Shown: positions 10,079-19,797 of the stretch, in pieces | Layout of the letters: every line of letters starts with the position of its first letter | Position numbering within the stretch: the stretch's first letter is position 1 | Virus record (IMG/VR): IMGVR_UViG_3300025653_000134 | Coordinates: 1-33,218 of that record | From: a virus | Lineage: Duplodnaviria > Caudoviricetes | Length of the DNA stretch: 33,218 bases | Strand: one strand, 5' to 3' | Notes under the pieces: model-generated | The model's input: the letters and a program-made list of their open reading frames with translations, nothing else | What the model was told of the DNA's origin: nothing | The model's database searches: none | Made by a program: the position numbers and the translations under genes

Positions 10079-10577
10079 TCATAACCTCCTCGTTAAATTT
10101 GTTTACAGCGTATACATTAAAGATGCTTATGGCTTTAAGTCTATCAATATTAAACCATTCGCCTCTACGTTCTTTAGAAAAGTGCGCAAATGTTTTGTGC
10201 ATTTCTCTTTCTTTATCGTGTCGGTTGTCTGCCTGAAGTGTAGCAATAACTTCATAGTCACGAAAAGGAGATGATGTCTGGTATCCATTCAATCTGTCTT
10301 CTGAACTTACAGCCTTACCTACCTTTACCCAATCAGGCCACGCTTTATTTACAATAACATACACCTCTCCTTGAGTAGTGCTTTCAATCTGCGAATGTGA
10401 CCATGCATCGTCAAGAGATTTGTATCGTCCGGGTTTATGTAAAGGATGTGACTTAGAAATATATTTCCCATTCACCCACATTCTATTTTTATTTCTTCTA
10501 GTCATTGCCTCTGGATTGTCTTTGTAATACATCGGCTTACCAGTGTAAGGGTTTTCTTTAAATCTTTCCATCATCAT
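10059..10577 (-). CDS. T5orf172/MUG113 (GIY-YIG-like) domain protein, copy A
   Basis: GEVYVI…WVKVG…DRLNGYQTSSP…E…H…GEWF motifs; SD AAGGAG. Confidence 0.85.
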   Translation of the reverse strand: MMMERFKENPYTGKPMYYKDNPEAMTRRNKNRMWVNGKYISKSHPLHKPGRYKSLDDAWSHSQIESTTQGEVYVIVNKAWPDWVKVGKAVSSEDRLNGYQTSSPFRDYEVIATLQADNRHDKEREMHKTFAHFSKERRGEWFNIDRLKAISIFNVYAVNKFNEEVMNERNSS

Positions 10578-10707
10578 TTTTCTTCTCCTTTTCTTTTAGT
10601 TTCAACCACTCTTCGTAGCTTGGATGGTGGCGAGGTGGGTTAAACTGAACCCAATCCTCACCCTGTTTCCAAACTAATTTACTCTGCTGCTTTTTCTTCT
10701 GGCTCAC
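10558..10707 (-). CDS. possible small protein, not in the ORF track (MSQKKKQQSKLVWKQGEDWVQFNPPRHHPSYEEWLKLKEKEKKNDDGKI)
   Basis: 49-codon GTG-start frame read by hand; fills an otherwise empty gap. Confidence 0.45.
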   Translation of the reverse strand: MSQKKKQQSKLVWKQGEDWVQFNPPRHHPSYEEWLKLKEKEKKNDDGKI

Positions 10708-10900
10708 TAGGTTTTACCGAATTAATCAGTGCGGCACTGAAGGCATCTTCAGCTGCAACAAGCTGATCTAAATTAAACCTTGCTTCAGCAATACGTGCTT
10801 TCAAGTTACGCACTTGATTGACAAAGTACTGTGACTGCTCACCAAGCGAATCAAAGTCGTACTCTTGATCTTTAATAGTGATTTTATTTTGTTCTGCCAT
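10679..10900 (-). CDS. small coiled-coil hypothetical protein
   Basis: 73-aa ORF with SD AAGGA. Confidence 0.75.
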   Translation of the reverse strand: MAEQNKITIKDQEYDFDSLGEQSQYFVNQVRNLKARIAEARFNLDQLVAAEDAFSAALINSVKPSEPEEKAAE

Positions 10901-10901
10901 T

Positions 10902-11015
10902 TTAATTATCCTTTTCTGTTTGTTTTTCCATCCACTTACGAAGGCTATACATTTCCCACCACAAACCTATTGTGGTTATCCATATAGCTATTAGCATAAG
11001 CATTAAGTTGCTCAT
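10902..11015 (-). CDS. small membrane peptide, not in the ORF track (MSNLMLMLIAIWITTIGLWWEMYSLRKWMEKQTEKDN)
   Basis: 37-aa frame coupled by ATGA to the upstream gene; one hydrophobic helix. Confidence 0.6.
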   Translation of the reverse strand: MSNLMLMLIAIWITTIGLWWEMYSLRKWMEKQTEKDN

Positions 11016-11227
11016 AGTTTATCTGCATCTTCATTAAACGTACCATCTGGTAATGCACTTTCTAGTGTACTCATATTCATTGAGTCAATCTCACCATAGA
11101 TATTCAAGCACTCTTCACCCCAAGATGATTTATTCAGTGTCAAGTCTTTGCAGTATGCATACAGTGTACTGAATGCAGCCGCTGCAGCAGCAACATCCTT
11201 TGTGTGTGTATCAAATTTAATCTTCAT
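11012..11227 (-). CDS. hypothetical protein
   Basis: 71-aa ORF with SD AGGAG. Confidence 0.7.
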   Translation of the reverse strand: MKIKFDTHTKDVAAAAAAFSTLYAYCKDLTLNKSSWGEECLNIYGEIDSMNMSTLESALPDGTFNEDADKL

Positions 11228-11414
11228 CTTTGTTTTCTCCTGCTGTCCAGTTATACTCTTCGTTATGTTTATCTACTGCTTTTTCAATTAAAGACAGTAA
11301 GCCCTCACTAATAAGTGCTTGTCTTGCTTCGTCATTACACTCAAACACTATAGTGGCTGAACCATCTTCGTGTTCGATGTAGTCCTTTATATCAATTTTT
11401 CCCGTCATTGTCAA
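11217..11414 (-). CDS. hypothetical protein (EHEDGSA motif; ATG start probably at 11408)
   Basis: 65-aa ORF with SD AGGAG. Confidence 0.75.
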   Translation of the reverse strand: MTMTGKIDIKDYIEHEDGSATIVFECNDEARQALISEGLLSLIEKAVDKHNEEYNWTAGENKDED

Positions 11415-11430
11415 CTCCTATGTATATGTT

Positions 11431-11473
11431 ATACGCTACAAACGATAAATATAATTTATACTATGTAACGCAT
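11431..11473 (-). other. interrupted RNA hairpin in the intergenic gap (possible RNase III site or terminator)
   Basis: AUGCGUUACA pairs with UGUAGCGUAT with two G-U pairs on the minus strand only; inner AUAAAU/AUUUAU stem. Confidence 0.45.
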
Positions 11474-11479
11474 ATTGCT

Positions 11480-13420
11480 TCATGCTGCGTCCAAGTCTAC
11501 TACTTCACAAACACCAGCAGTACAAGCCAACTCGCGTCCACCTGATGTGGTATCTTCCTTCTCAAACTCCTGTAGTTTTGACCAGTCTACACTCTTTGGC
11601 ATCTTTGCCAAGAACTCTTTGTATTGTTCTGCATCAATGTCCTGATAAGGTGCTTGCTTGTAAACATGGTCATCATATGGAAGGAAACTGATACCTGATA
11701 CCTCATCGAAGTTTTCGTATACCCAAGAACCTACCTCAAACCATTCGTTTTCTTTGACAGTAATTGTAACGCTAGGTTTGTGTTCACACCAGTAACGCTG
11801 ATACATTAGCCACAACTCAAGTTGTTCAATAGCAGTCATATCTGTACGAGTTACAGCACGATCAGGCGACTTCATAGGAAAACTAAATACCGTTGTGCTG
11901 TCTGGCTTCATGTGATCTGGTTCAGCAGGAATACCAGTGCTAATCAGAAACTGTGTAATTGGGTCTTTGTTATCCCCTCGAACAGTCCTGATGTAGTAAG
12001 GGTTATGCCTTGCATGAATACCTGATGCACTATCAACTAACTGACTGACTGTACCACTAGGTTTAACACAAGTAATGGCTGTTGATTGTGGAATACCAAT
12101 CTGTTCAGCCAGTGCTGCATTAGTTTCGACAGCAACGTCACGTAGACGTTCAAGTGTCTGACCGATATTAATACCTAAATGTGCCGACTTACCAGACAAC
12201 AGTTCATTATCCATTATACCTGTAAGGGATACACCAAGCAAGCGTTCTTCCTCTGTGTTTTTCTTCCAGATATTACGAAGATATTTGAAGTCAGTCAGTG
12301 TTGACTGGAATGTACCAAGAATTGTAGCAAGGCGAACCTTCTCAGATAGAGTCTGTTGTGTATCTGATGCACGTGCTACAACCTCTGATAGATTGCAGAA
12401 CTGATATGGGCGTAGGATAATTTCACTACATGGATTACACCCAAACTCATGTTCAGTATCACGCCGACCATTCTTCGATGCTTGCATTTTTGCCGATTGC
12501 CTGTTAAATATACCACGTTCACCTGACCTTGACTCATACAAAGCCAGCCATTCGCGCATGAATGTACCCATCTGTGGCTTCTCTTTGTAAGCAACACTGT
12601 TGTTAGCAAGCATACGCTGTCCTTCATACTTAAACCAATCACCTGCTTTTGCATGACGCATCTGGTCATCGTTAAGATTAGACAACGAAATCAATGCGCT
12701 ACGGCGTACACCACCGACTACAACAACCTCGCCAATCTTACACATAATGTCGTGGCATTCGATTGGATACAGCCTACGTCCTGATGCCGCCTTAAACTTT
12801 TGAATGATAAACTCAAATAGTTCTTCCAGTGGTGCTGGGCCAGATGCCCGACCACCAAATGTTTTAAGACGTGCGCCCGCAGGACGAACTTCTGACACAT
12901 CCCATTTAGGAATTTGCCCAGCATACAACAGAGAGATAAGTTCACGTAGCGCTTTCGCCCAACCTGGGCGGCTATCTCCGACCTTGATTACTGTATCGCT
13001 TTCTTCAAAGTGTTCATTTACAATAGGCAGTTTCTCAACGCAACTGCGTTCCACAGAAAAGCCTACGCCTGTTCCACACATGAGAATATACATTGTCTCG
13101 TCAAATGCACGTGGGCTATCTACAGGCACGTATGAGCAGTTATAGCCACCTACATGGCAACGATCTAGTGCTGGACCTGCAGTCATCAACGCCCTCATGC
13201 TAGGCATGATTTGCTGATTCAGTACAGCCTCTTCTAGTTCAGCCCGTAGTTCATCCGACAAGACGTAGTTATGTTTGTTTGCAAGATGCTTTTCCATATA
13301 GTCAAAGTATCTGGATACAGTTTCAGTCCATGTCTCTCTACGTTGCTCATCTTCTTTCCACCTCGCGTAACGTGAGAGTGCAATAAAGTTTTGGTAGTCT
13401 GTTGGTAAATAGTTGTTCAT
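11480..13420 (-). CDS. nrdJ: class II (adenosylcobalamin-dependent) ribonucleotide reductase
   Basis: NCSY, GGVRRSA, NPCSEI, TCVKPSGTVSQL and C-terminal CTAGVC motifs; 646 aa; no beta subunit gene nearby. Confidence 0.92.
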   Translation of the reverse strand: MNNYLPTDYQNFIALSRYARWKEDEQRRETWTETVSRYFDYMEKHLANKHNYVLSDELRAELEEAVLNQQIMPSMRALMTAGPALDRCHVGGYNCSYVPVDSPRAFDETMYILMCGTGVGFSVERSCVEKLPIVNEHFEESDTVIKVGDSRPGWAKALRELISLLYAGQIPKWDVSEVRPAGARLKTFGGRASGPAPLEELFEFIIQKFKAASGRRLYPIECHDIMCKIGEVVVVGGVRRSALISLSNLNDDQMRHAKAGDWFKYEGQRMLANNSVAYKEKPQMGTFMREWLALYESRSGERGIFNRQSAKMQASKNGRRDTEHEFGCNPCSEIILRPYQFCNLSEVVARASDTQQTLSEKVRLATILGTFQSTLTDFKYLRNIWKKNTEEERLLGVSLTGIMDNELLSGKSAHLGINIGQTLERLRDVAVETNAALAEQIGIPQSTAITCVKPSGTVSQLVDSASGIHARHNPYYIRTVRGDNKDPITQFLISTGIPAEPDHMKPDSTTVFSFPMKSPDRAVTRTDMTAIEQLELWLMYQRYWCEHKPSVTITVKENEWFEVGSWVYENFDEVSGISFLPYDDHVYKQAPYQDIDAEQYKEFLAKMPKSVDWSKLQEFEKEDTTSGGRELACTAGVCEVVDLDAA

Positions 13421-13426
13421 AATATA

Positions 13427-13588
13427 TCACTCCATAATTGTTTTTATATTTCTAATGTTAGCACCCTCTACTTCATAAAAGTATTCTTCTAAACTATCCT
13501 GTATATCCTGCCCTACATTTTCATCAGCTGGTATAGGGTATTCTTCTGGGTCAATGTCAAGTGTAATGTATACTTTAACTCTTGTCAT
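13427..13588 (-). CDS. small acidic protein, not in the ORF track (MTRVKVYITLDIDPEEYPIPADENVGQDIQDSLEEYFYEVEGANIRNIKTIME)
   Basis: 53-aa frame filling the gap between DUF3310 and the RNR gene. Confidence 0.65.
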   Translation of the reverse strand: MTRVKVYITLDIDPEEYPIPADENVGQDIQDSLEEYFYEVEGANIRNIKTIME

Positions 13589-13928
13589 GTCGTTCCCCAT
13601 AAGTTGCTAGACGATTCATATACCAATTAGCCTTTTTAATATCTTGATCGCCGTTCTTATATCTTTCTCGCCATGTGTACTTGATGTTGTTCCCCTTACA
13701 GTACCCACGAAATTCTTCAGGTGTTAGTGCTGCTTCAATAGCCTCAATGCATTCAATACCTGCGTGATTATAGTGAGGTGGATTGTTTACCATATCAGGA
13801 CGTACTCCGTCAAGCCATTTATTATCTGACTGTTGTTCTGCCTGTTCAGTCTTGTCTTCAAAGACAACATCTTTCCACTGTCGCTTCATTTCTATTTCTT
13901 TCATTATCTTATTATAATCTGTCATCAA
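13575..13928 (-). CDS. DUF3310 / T7 gp1.7-like nucleotide kinase family protein
   Basis: DMVNNPPHY…IECIEAI…GNNIKYTWR…K…DIKKANWY signature. Confidence 0.85.
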   Translation of the reverse strand: MMTDYNKIMKEIEMKRQWKDVVFEDKTEQAEQQSDNKWLDGVRPDMVNNPPHYNHAGIECIEAIEAALTPEEFRGYCKGNNIKYTWRERYKNGDQDIKKANWYMNRLATYGERHDKS

Positions 13929-14293
13929 GCGCTACCTTTCGTGTCTGTGTTAAAGTTTATTGTTATTACGTTACCATCTACACCCTGCACAACAGGCTTG
14001 TCACTTCTTTCATCAAACTCGTATGAAAAATAATTCTCCACATAGTTAGCAACAAAGTCTCTGAAAGCCTCATCCTGTTCCATCAAAGGAATTGTTGATA
14101 GCATACACTTTACTACATACTCTAAGTCCTCATATAAAGCCCTTGGTATTTCATTATCCTGTGAACTAATGACAGAGAAACTAGCCTCTCCTGTAAACTC
14201 ACCTTCATCAGTTTTAATTGGACTAACACGAATAAGAAAATCTTCTTCTGTAATCTTAACCACTTCTTTATCTTCTTCGTTTTCCTCTGTCAT
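13925..14293 (-). CDS. hypothetical protein
   Basis: 122-aa ORF with ATGA coupling at both ends. Confidence 0.75.
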   Translation of the reverse strand: MTEENEEDKEVVKITEEDFLIRVSPIKTDEGEFTGEASFSVISSQDNEIPRALYEDLEYVVKCMLSTIPLMEQDEAFRDFVANYVENYFSYEFDERSDKPVVQGVDGNVITINFNTDTKGSA

Positions 14294-14763
14294 TTATTGC
14301 TCCTCTTCACTTTAGTTCCTGTAAATTTAATAAATTTCTGATGCCTATTTTTCCCCTTTTCCTTTAGCCATTCTTCAGGTATGATCCTATCATAATAACG
14401 AAAGCCATACTTTATGCACCACTCTGCGTATGTAGACTTAGCACCCTTGCGTAGCTTTCGTCTGCTGTTTTCAAAGACAAACCGAATATCTAATTTAGGA
14501 TGCTGACGTTTGATTGCAAGGTGCTTTCTTCTGTCAGCCGCTGTAAACATTCCTTTTGTCTCAATGATTATACCATTGGACAGCACGAAGTCTGGAGTAT
14601 ATGTCCTGTAAGCAAGGTCTTCCCATTCAATCTTAATAGACTCGTAATCAAATTTTACTTTCAGGTCTGTAAGATATTCAGAAATCTTATGCTCAAGGCC
14701 ACTACGAAATCCTAACTTACGTGCTGCCCTAAATCGTTTCGCATTATGCACTGCTGTATTCAC
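14290..14763 (-). CDS. T7 endonuclease I-like Holliday junction resolvase
   Basis: RSGLE…YTPDF…IIETKG…DRRKHL…DIRFVF. Confidence 0.9.
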   Translation of the reverse strand: MNTAVHNAKRFRAARKLGFRSGLEHKISEYLTDLKVKFDYESIKIEWEDLAYRTYTPDFVLSNGIIIETKGMFTAADRRKHLAIKRQHPKLDIRFVFENSRRKLRKGAKSTYAEWCIKYGFRYYDRIIPEEWLKEKGKNRHQKFIKFTGTKVKRSNK

Positions 14764-15604
14764 TCGCTAGTTCAACATACGAAACAATCTTTGGTTCCTT
14801 TGCCTGTGACTTCACTGCTGGCAACTCTTTCATGTTAGGCCAACATGCTTTGCGATAGTCACAGAACGAACACTCTTTGGCTAGGACTTTGTTACCAGTC
14901 GGCTTGCCTCTGAATGTTTCTTCTACAGGTTCAAAGCAACGCTGAAACTTATTGTCATCTACAGTCTTGACTGTTTGTACAATCTTCAACATTTCTTTTT
15001 CAGATTCAACATTAGTTGCTGGTACATATTTAAAGTTACCGTTTGCTTTATTAACTACCCACCAGCCACCTGGTTTTAAGCCAGTTGCTGTAGCATAGCC
15101 AACAAGTTGTCCGACATATCCGAAAGCATCTCCATCACGAAGAGTTTCAAATGACTCAAACTTGTTACGATAAGACCAATCAGATGCTGATTTAACATCA
15201 TCAACAGCACCATCAATAACAAGGTCATATGTTCCATTAATGGTATGCTCTCCAATATCAAGAGATACATTTTCGGAATCACCATACTCTACTCCTGCTT
15301 CAGTTAATAAACCTTTGAACACTGCTTCAACGATGTCGCCAAGCATCATGTTCATTACGAATGTGGTTGGGCGAGGCAGGGCAGTCTCTGGTTTATTCTT
15401 CTCAAACCATAACTGGCAGGTTGGCCTACCAATATTTGACATGCGAAGTCTAAACTCTCTACTACCTGACTCACCAAACTGGCGAAGCACAGCCTGTCGG
15501 ACATCTTCCGCAATCTGATTTGCAGTTTTTTCCGACATGGTAGACTTCCCATTGGAAGCCTTCTCCATGTAACTATGCAACGCCAGTTCAGCTGGATGGT
15601 TCAT
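14744..15604 (-). CDS. PD-(D/E)xK exonuclease (Cas4/RecB-like)
   Basis: RMSNIGRPTC, GTYD…DDVKS, Y-x-x-Q-L-x-G-Y and C-terminal CSFCDYRKAC motifs. Confidence 0.8.
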   Translation of the reverse strand: MNHPAELALHSYMEKASNGKSTMSEKTANQIAEDVRQAVLRQFGESGSREFRLRMSNIGRPTCQLWFEKNKPETALPRPTTFVMNMMLGDIVEAVFKGLLTEAGVEYGDSENVSLDIGEHTINGTYDLVIDGAVDDVKSASDWSYRNKFESFETLRDGDAFGYVGQLVGYATATGLKPGGWWVVNKANGNFKYVPATNVESEKEMLKIVQTVKTVDDNKFQRCFEPVEETFRGKPTGNKVLAKECSFCDYRKACWPNMKELPAVKSQAKEPKIVSYVELASEYSSA

Positions 15605-15605
15605 A

Positions 15606-16478
15606 CTATTCTACCTCTTCAACATCAATGTCAACAAAAGATTCAGCGAGTTCTTTCTCTTCTTCTGTTGCTTTTTGTACGTTCTTCTGTTCCCATTCAG
15701 ACAGAACCCAACGATTATGATTCTCAATCACAGCCTGAAAGTCGCGCAGTAGGCTTTGATCTTCATCAGTAATCTCGTGTGTTGTGTTAAGGTCTGCCTC
15801 ACACACAGGAATGTAGTATGGGCCATTAGGTCCAGTTCGTTCTGCAGTGGATACAATTATGTCATGCATAATTGGAAGTCTACGATGCTGCGCAAACTTG
15901 GCTGTAACGTCTGCGAAATTTTTGAACCCTTCCTTTTGGCTAATGTCAAAAACAAAAGGCACGTTCTCAAGTTCTGCTGCATTACCTTCCTCATCCTTTG
16001 CATCAATAAACGTGACAGTACCATATGTAGAACGTGTACGTTTGATTGATCGGATCAAGTCTTGTTTATCCTTCGACAATGCATCAAAGTCCTTGATGTA
16101 CCCAGAAGGTTTGCCACAGTTAAACCCACCATAGTTATCTTTAAGATCAATTTTAAGATTTTCTGACATAACTGTCTTGACATAGTTCTTTGCATTAGGG
16201 TCATACTTCTGGTACATAAATCGTTGCATGAACATACGCATCTTAATCTTCTCTGCGTATATAGTTTTACCCTCAACGTCTGCCATGAAGAATGATCCTG
16301 CAGATACTATATCTACATTCATCATCTTACCATTGACTTCTGCCTTACCCTTGATGGGCTGGCTATGAATTTTGATTCTTGCAAGTGTGCTTGTGTTGTC
16401 ATTGGTATCAGATGACATGCCCAACATTTGGGCCACTGCTGCATAATTATTAGAATCAATTACTGTTAGTTCACTCAT
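15606..16478 (-). CDS. putative single-stranded DNA-binding protein
   Basis: 290 aa with an acidic C-terminal tail; lies between the polymerase and exonuclease; strong SD AAGGAG. Function inferred from context. Confidence 0.5.
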   Translation of the reverse strand: MSELTVIDSNNYAAVAQMLGMSSDTNDNTSTLARIKIHSQPIKGKAEVNGKMMNVDIVSAGSFFMADVEGKTIYAEKIKMRMFMQRFMYQKYDPNAKNYVKTVMSENLKIDLKDNYGGFNCGKPSGYIKDFDALSKDKQDLIRSIKRTRSTYGTVTFIDAKDEEGNAAELENVPFVFDISQKEGFKNFADVTAKFAQHRRLPIMHDIIVSTAERTGPNGPYYIPVCEADLNTTHEITDEDQSLLRDFQAVIENHNRWVLSEWEQKNVQKATEEEKELAESFVDIDVEEVE

Positions 16479-16513
16479 ATGTATTTGCTCCTTTCATTGA
16501 AAATAGAACCGTA

Positions 16514-16542
16514 GTTGTATCACACTACGTCTTTTGTGTCAA
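16514..16542 (-). promoter_or_regulatory. sigma70-type promoter for the SSB-like gene
   Basis: TTGACA-17 nt-TACAAC on the minus strand, overlapping the polymerase stop codon. Confidence 0.6.
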
Positions 16543-18562
16543 GCCAATTATTACCTATTTTTGCCTCAAGTTCTAGTGGTACATTAAACACAATACCCCA
16601 ACGCATTGTAATTAAACCTGGAAGGTCATCATTAGTTTTTTTAATTATGTCCAGTACAGATCGTTCCTCGAATGGGTGTACGTCAATTACAATACTGTCA
16701 TGCACCGTGTTGACAACACATGATCTCATGCCGTGCAATAACTTCTCTATGTGAAGCAGGGCGATGGGAACAATGTCTGCTGTAGCAAACGACTGCACAG
16801 GATAATTCTTAATCTGCGTGAAGTTAGTTACACGACCACTCTCAAGACGCTGTACACCCTCAAACTTAAACTGCCTACCAGAAGGTGTAGTAATCATCTG
16901 TGTGCTTAAAGCCTCTTTAGCCAGTTTGGAATGCCAAGTTGCGATCCCTTTATACTTCTCTGTGAAGTGTTCGTAATATGCTGCCTCTGCTGCTGTTCGT
17001 CCAAAGCCTGTTGCGCCATAGAGTGGAGCAAACGTGTGCGCCTTCGCAGTCTGGCGATCCGTAGGCTGACCAGCATCGGTAATAACCTTCGCGGTGTATG
17101 CGTGTACATCAAATCCAGTAGATACTTCATTTATTGCTACCTCATCTTGTGATAAAAATGCCGCCACTCTGAACTCTAGTTGAGCAAAGTCAGCCTCTAA
17201 TATTTTGCCATCTATAAATCGTGATACAAACACTTTCTTTACGGGGAATGTCTGACCACGTGGCATGTTCTGCATGTTAGGGTCAGCACCTGACAGACGC
17301 CCCGTGGCAACCCTATGTTGTAATAGTCTTACATGTAACTTACCATCCTTCTTGGTGTGTATTCGTATGCCATCAACAAAAGATGACAAGTAGGTTTCAA
17401 CAGCCGATAGCCTACGAATGTCACGCAGGAAATCAACAGCATCGTCCATACCCTTGCTACGTGCGGCCTTCTCTAGCATCTCAAGATTACCCTTGCTTGT
17501 GCTAAAGCCATTGGCACTAGCCCATTTAGCATTAGGTGGCATAAACTTTAAGCCAGCTACCTGCTCAGTAGGTTTGTATAGATAACCACTAGATGCACAT
17601 GGTATACACTTATGTGGTTTAGCAAAGGGTGTTCCGTCCTTCTTTGTCTTACGAATGTATCCAGTACCATTACAATCACTACACTGTTCAGCATACGTTT
17701 TGTAAATACGTTCTGTCTCTCTTCTTATCAAATCCTTAAATGGAGCATCCTTCATGTAGGGATGTATAGCATTAGACCACACAGTCTTATCCTTAACCTT
17801 GCGACTGTAGATAACCCAAGACAATTGCTCTGGGCTATTGAGATTGATAGGCGTGTCACCCATGATACGCTGGATGTGTGTCTTCAAACTCTCATGCAAC
17901 TCAGACTTTTCTTCTTCAAATTCCTGGCGCACCTCGTCTAGTTTTGACAGGTCCACTGTAAATCCTCGCTGATAGATACGAGCAAGACTTACAGCAAACT
18001 GATTTGTTAAATCAACTGTGCCTCGTAAGCCAGCACTTTCTAAACTATTCAAACTCATCATCAACTTATCTGACAACTGCTGTGTTGCATGAAGGTCAGA
18101 AGATAGATAACCACACAACTCTGCATGAGGAATGTCACGAGTTGAATACCCCTTCTTGAAGTATTCTTTCAGTGTGTCCTGCTTCTTGGTGTCCAAGTCG
18201 TATCGTTCAGCACATGCCTCAAGAGACAGTGGTTCTTTTATACCACGCTGTAGTACATACTCTGCCAGCATTGTGTCAAACACAGGCCCATCATACGTAA
18301 AGCCTGATTCCCACAACCACAACAAGTCGTGTGCAGCATTGTGCATGATAAGCACAGTTGCTCTATCCAGCCAGTCCTGTACTATAATGTGACCCTTAGG
18401 AGTCTTATCGACCTCTTTATGATCCAAAGTAACGAGAACCTCTTCTCCTTGGTCACTCAGCATACCAATCATAGTCAGAGAGTTGTCTGGTTCAAAGGGA
18501 TCAAGATGCATCTTGCCATCCCTATGTGTAACAGTATTCTCTACGTCAAGTGTTAGTTTCAT
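16520..18562 (-). CDS. polA: family A DNA polymerase with inserted DnaJ-type zinc finger (HMO-2011-type)
   Basis: Exo motifs LDVE, HNAAHD; polymerase motifs ATGRLS…PNMQN, ADFAQLEFR, AKAHTFAPLYG, NYPVQS, VHDS; insertion CSDCNGTG…CIPCASSG. Confidence 0.95.
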   Translation of the reverse strand: MKLTLDVENTVTHRDGKMHLDPFEPDNSLTMIGMLSDQGEEVLVTLDHKEVDKTPKGHIIVQDWLDRATVLIMHNAAHDLLWLWESGFTYDGPVFDTMLAEYVLQRGIKEPLSLEACAERYDLDTKKQDTLKEYFKKGYSTRDIPHAELCGYLSSDLHATQQLSDKLMMSLNSLESAGLRGTVDLTNQFAVSLARIYQRGFTVDLSKLDEVRQEFEEEKSELHESLKTHIQRIMGDTPINLNSPEQLSWVIYSRKVKDKTVWSNAIHPYMKDAPFKDLIRRETERIYKTYAEQCSDCNGTGYIRKTKKDGTPFAKPHKCIPCASSGYLYKPTEQVAGLKFMPPNAKWASANGFSTSKGNLEMLEKAARSKGMDDAVDFLRDIRRLSAVETYLSSFVDGIRIHTKKDGKLHVRLLQHRVATGRLSGADPNMQNMPRGQTFPVKKVFVSRFIDGKILEADFAQLEFRVAAFLSQDEVAINEVSTGFDVHAYTAKVITDAGQPTDRQTAKAHTFAPLYGATGFGRTAAEAAYYEHFTEKYKGIATWHSKLAKEALSTQMITTPSGRQFKFEGVQRLESGRVTNFTQIKNYPVQSFATADIVPIALLHIEKLLHGMRSCVVNTVHDSIVIDVHPFEERSVLDIIKKTNDDLPGLITMRWGIVFNVPLELEAKIGNNWLDTKDVV

Positions 18563-18564
18563 AA

Positions 18565-19797
18565 TTACACCTCATATCTGCCTATAGTATAGTTTAGTTC
18601 ACAGTGTACTCTACCGTGCCAGCCAGTCAGTTTGTTCTTGACTACGCACAGATGACGCTGTGTGTCTTCTTCGTCCTGCCCATCAACTACAGGGTTTTTA
18701 GCGATCAGCACCATGAGGTCTGCCTCTGCTGCTTTACCAGTTCGTGAACCTTCCATCATACTCTGGTTCAATATTGTCTTACCCTCTGCCTCTGCACTCA
18801 ACTGTGACATATAGAATACAGCACAACCATATTGCTTGGCGATCATCCTAGCATAAATGGCATTAGCCTTGAGTGCTTCGTCAGGCCGTGAGTAGCCAGA
18901 CATTGTAGCGAATTTATCGCCCATGTCAAGGACTAAAACATCAGGCTTGTATGATTTACACACACTCTCTACCCAAGACATGTCTCTGCCTGTAGAATCT
19001 TTGATACGAATCTTATCATACACAGGACGATACAGGTCACGTGCCTTTGCAGGATTTTGCTTAACATCCCACATGGTCAAGCCTGTGGCTGCAGTTAGAT
19101 ATCTTGCGGCAACACGATGGTAACTCTCTTCGTTACAGAGTACAATACAGTTTGCACCTTGTTCAGCAAACCCACCAGGACCAGCGATCAAACTTGCATG
19201 GAAGGATGTCTTACCTGTGTTGGGTCTAGCACCAACCTCAATAAGATGTCCATCGTTGACACCAGAAACTTTGGTTGCAAGCGTTGGGATATTGAACGTC
19301 CATCGTGCTTCAAGATCATTCTTAGAGATGATAGTATCAATCGTAATGTCATCCCACTCAATGTTTAGGTTGGGTGTGAAGTCATCGTTGTATCTTTCAA
19401 GAATGCGCTGTAAGGGTTCTAGGCTGGACTTGTCGCCATTCACATAGTCAAACCCCAACTCTGATATCTCTGCCCCTACAACCTGCTGAAACAGGCGAGA
19501 AAGCACCTCTCCTGCTACATCATTACCTAGTGGGTCAGTGCGCTGGATACGATGGAAGATGTTGCTATATGCTTCTCGTTGCGCTGTAGTAATAGATGGA
19601 TTACTTGATACAAACAAAGCCTGTACTTCCTCTGGGGTTACGCTTCGATTGTACTTATCCATTGCCATGTCAACAACCTTTTTAATCTTACGATTGTCAC
19701 CACTGAATAGTTTGTCTGGGCATTTGGCCCCACGATTGTTGTCATAGAAGTCCTTGTTCATAAGGCTTCGTATCAATGCTAGTTCCATAAGTTCCAT
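18565..19797 (-). CDS. DnaB-like replicative DNA helicase
   Basis: Walker A GARPNTGKT, Walker B VLVLD, SQL, EADL and KNK motifs. Confidence 0.9.
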   Translation of the reverse strand: MELMELALIRSLMNKDFYDNNRGAKCPDKLFSGDNRKIKKVVDMAMDKYNRSVTPEEVQALFVSSNPSITTAQREAYSNIFHRIQRTDPLGNDVAGEVLSRLFQQVVGAEISELGFDYVNGDKSSLEPLQRILERYNDDFTPNLNIEWDDITIDTIISKNDLEARWTFNIPTLATKVSGVNDGHLIEVGARPNTGKTSFHASLIAGPGGFAEQGANCIVLCNEESYHRVAARYLTAATGLTMWDVKQNPAKARDLYRPVYDKIRIKDSTGRDMSWVESVCKSYKPDVLVLDMGDKFATMSGYSRPDEALKANAIYARMIAKQYGCAVFYMSQLSAEAEGKTILNQSMMEGSRTGKAAEADLMVLIAKNPVVDGQDEEDTQRHLCVVKNKLTGWHGRVHCELNYTIGRYEV

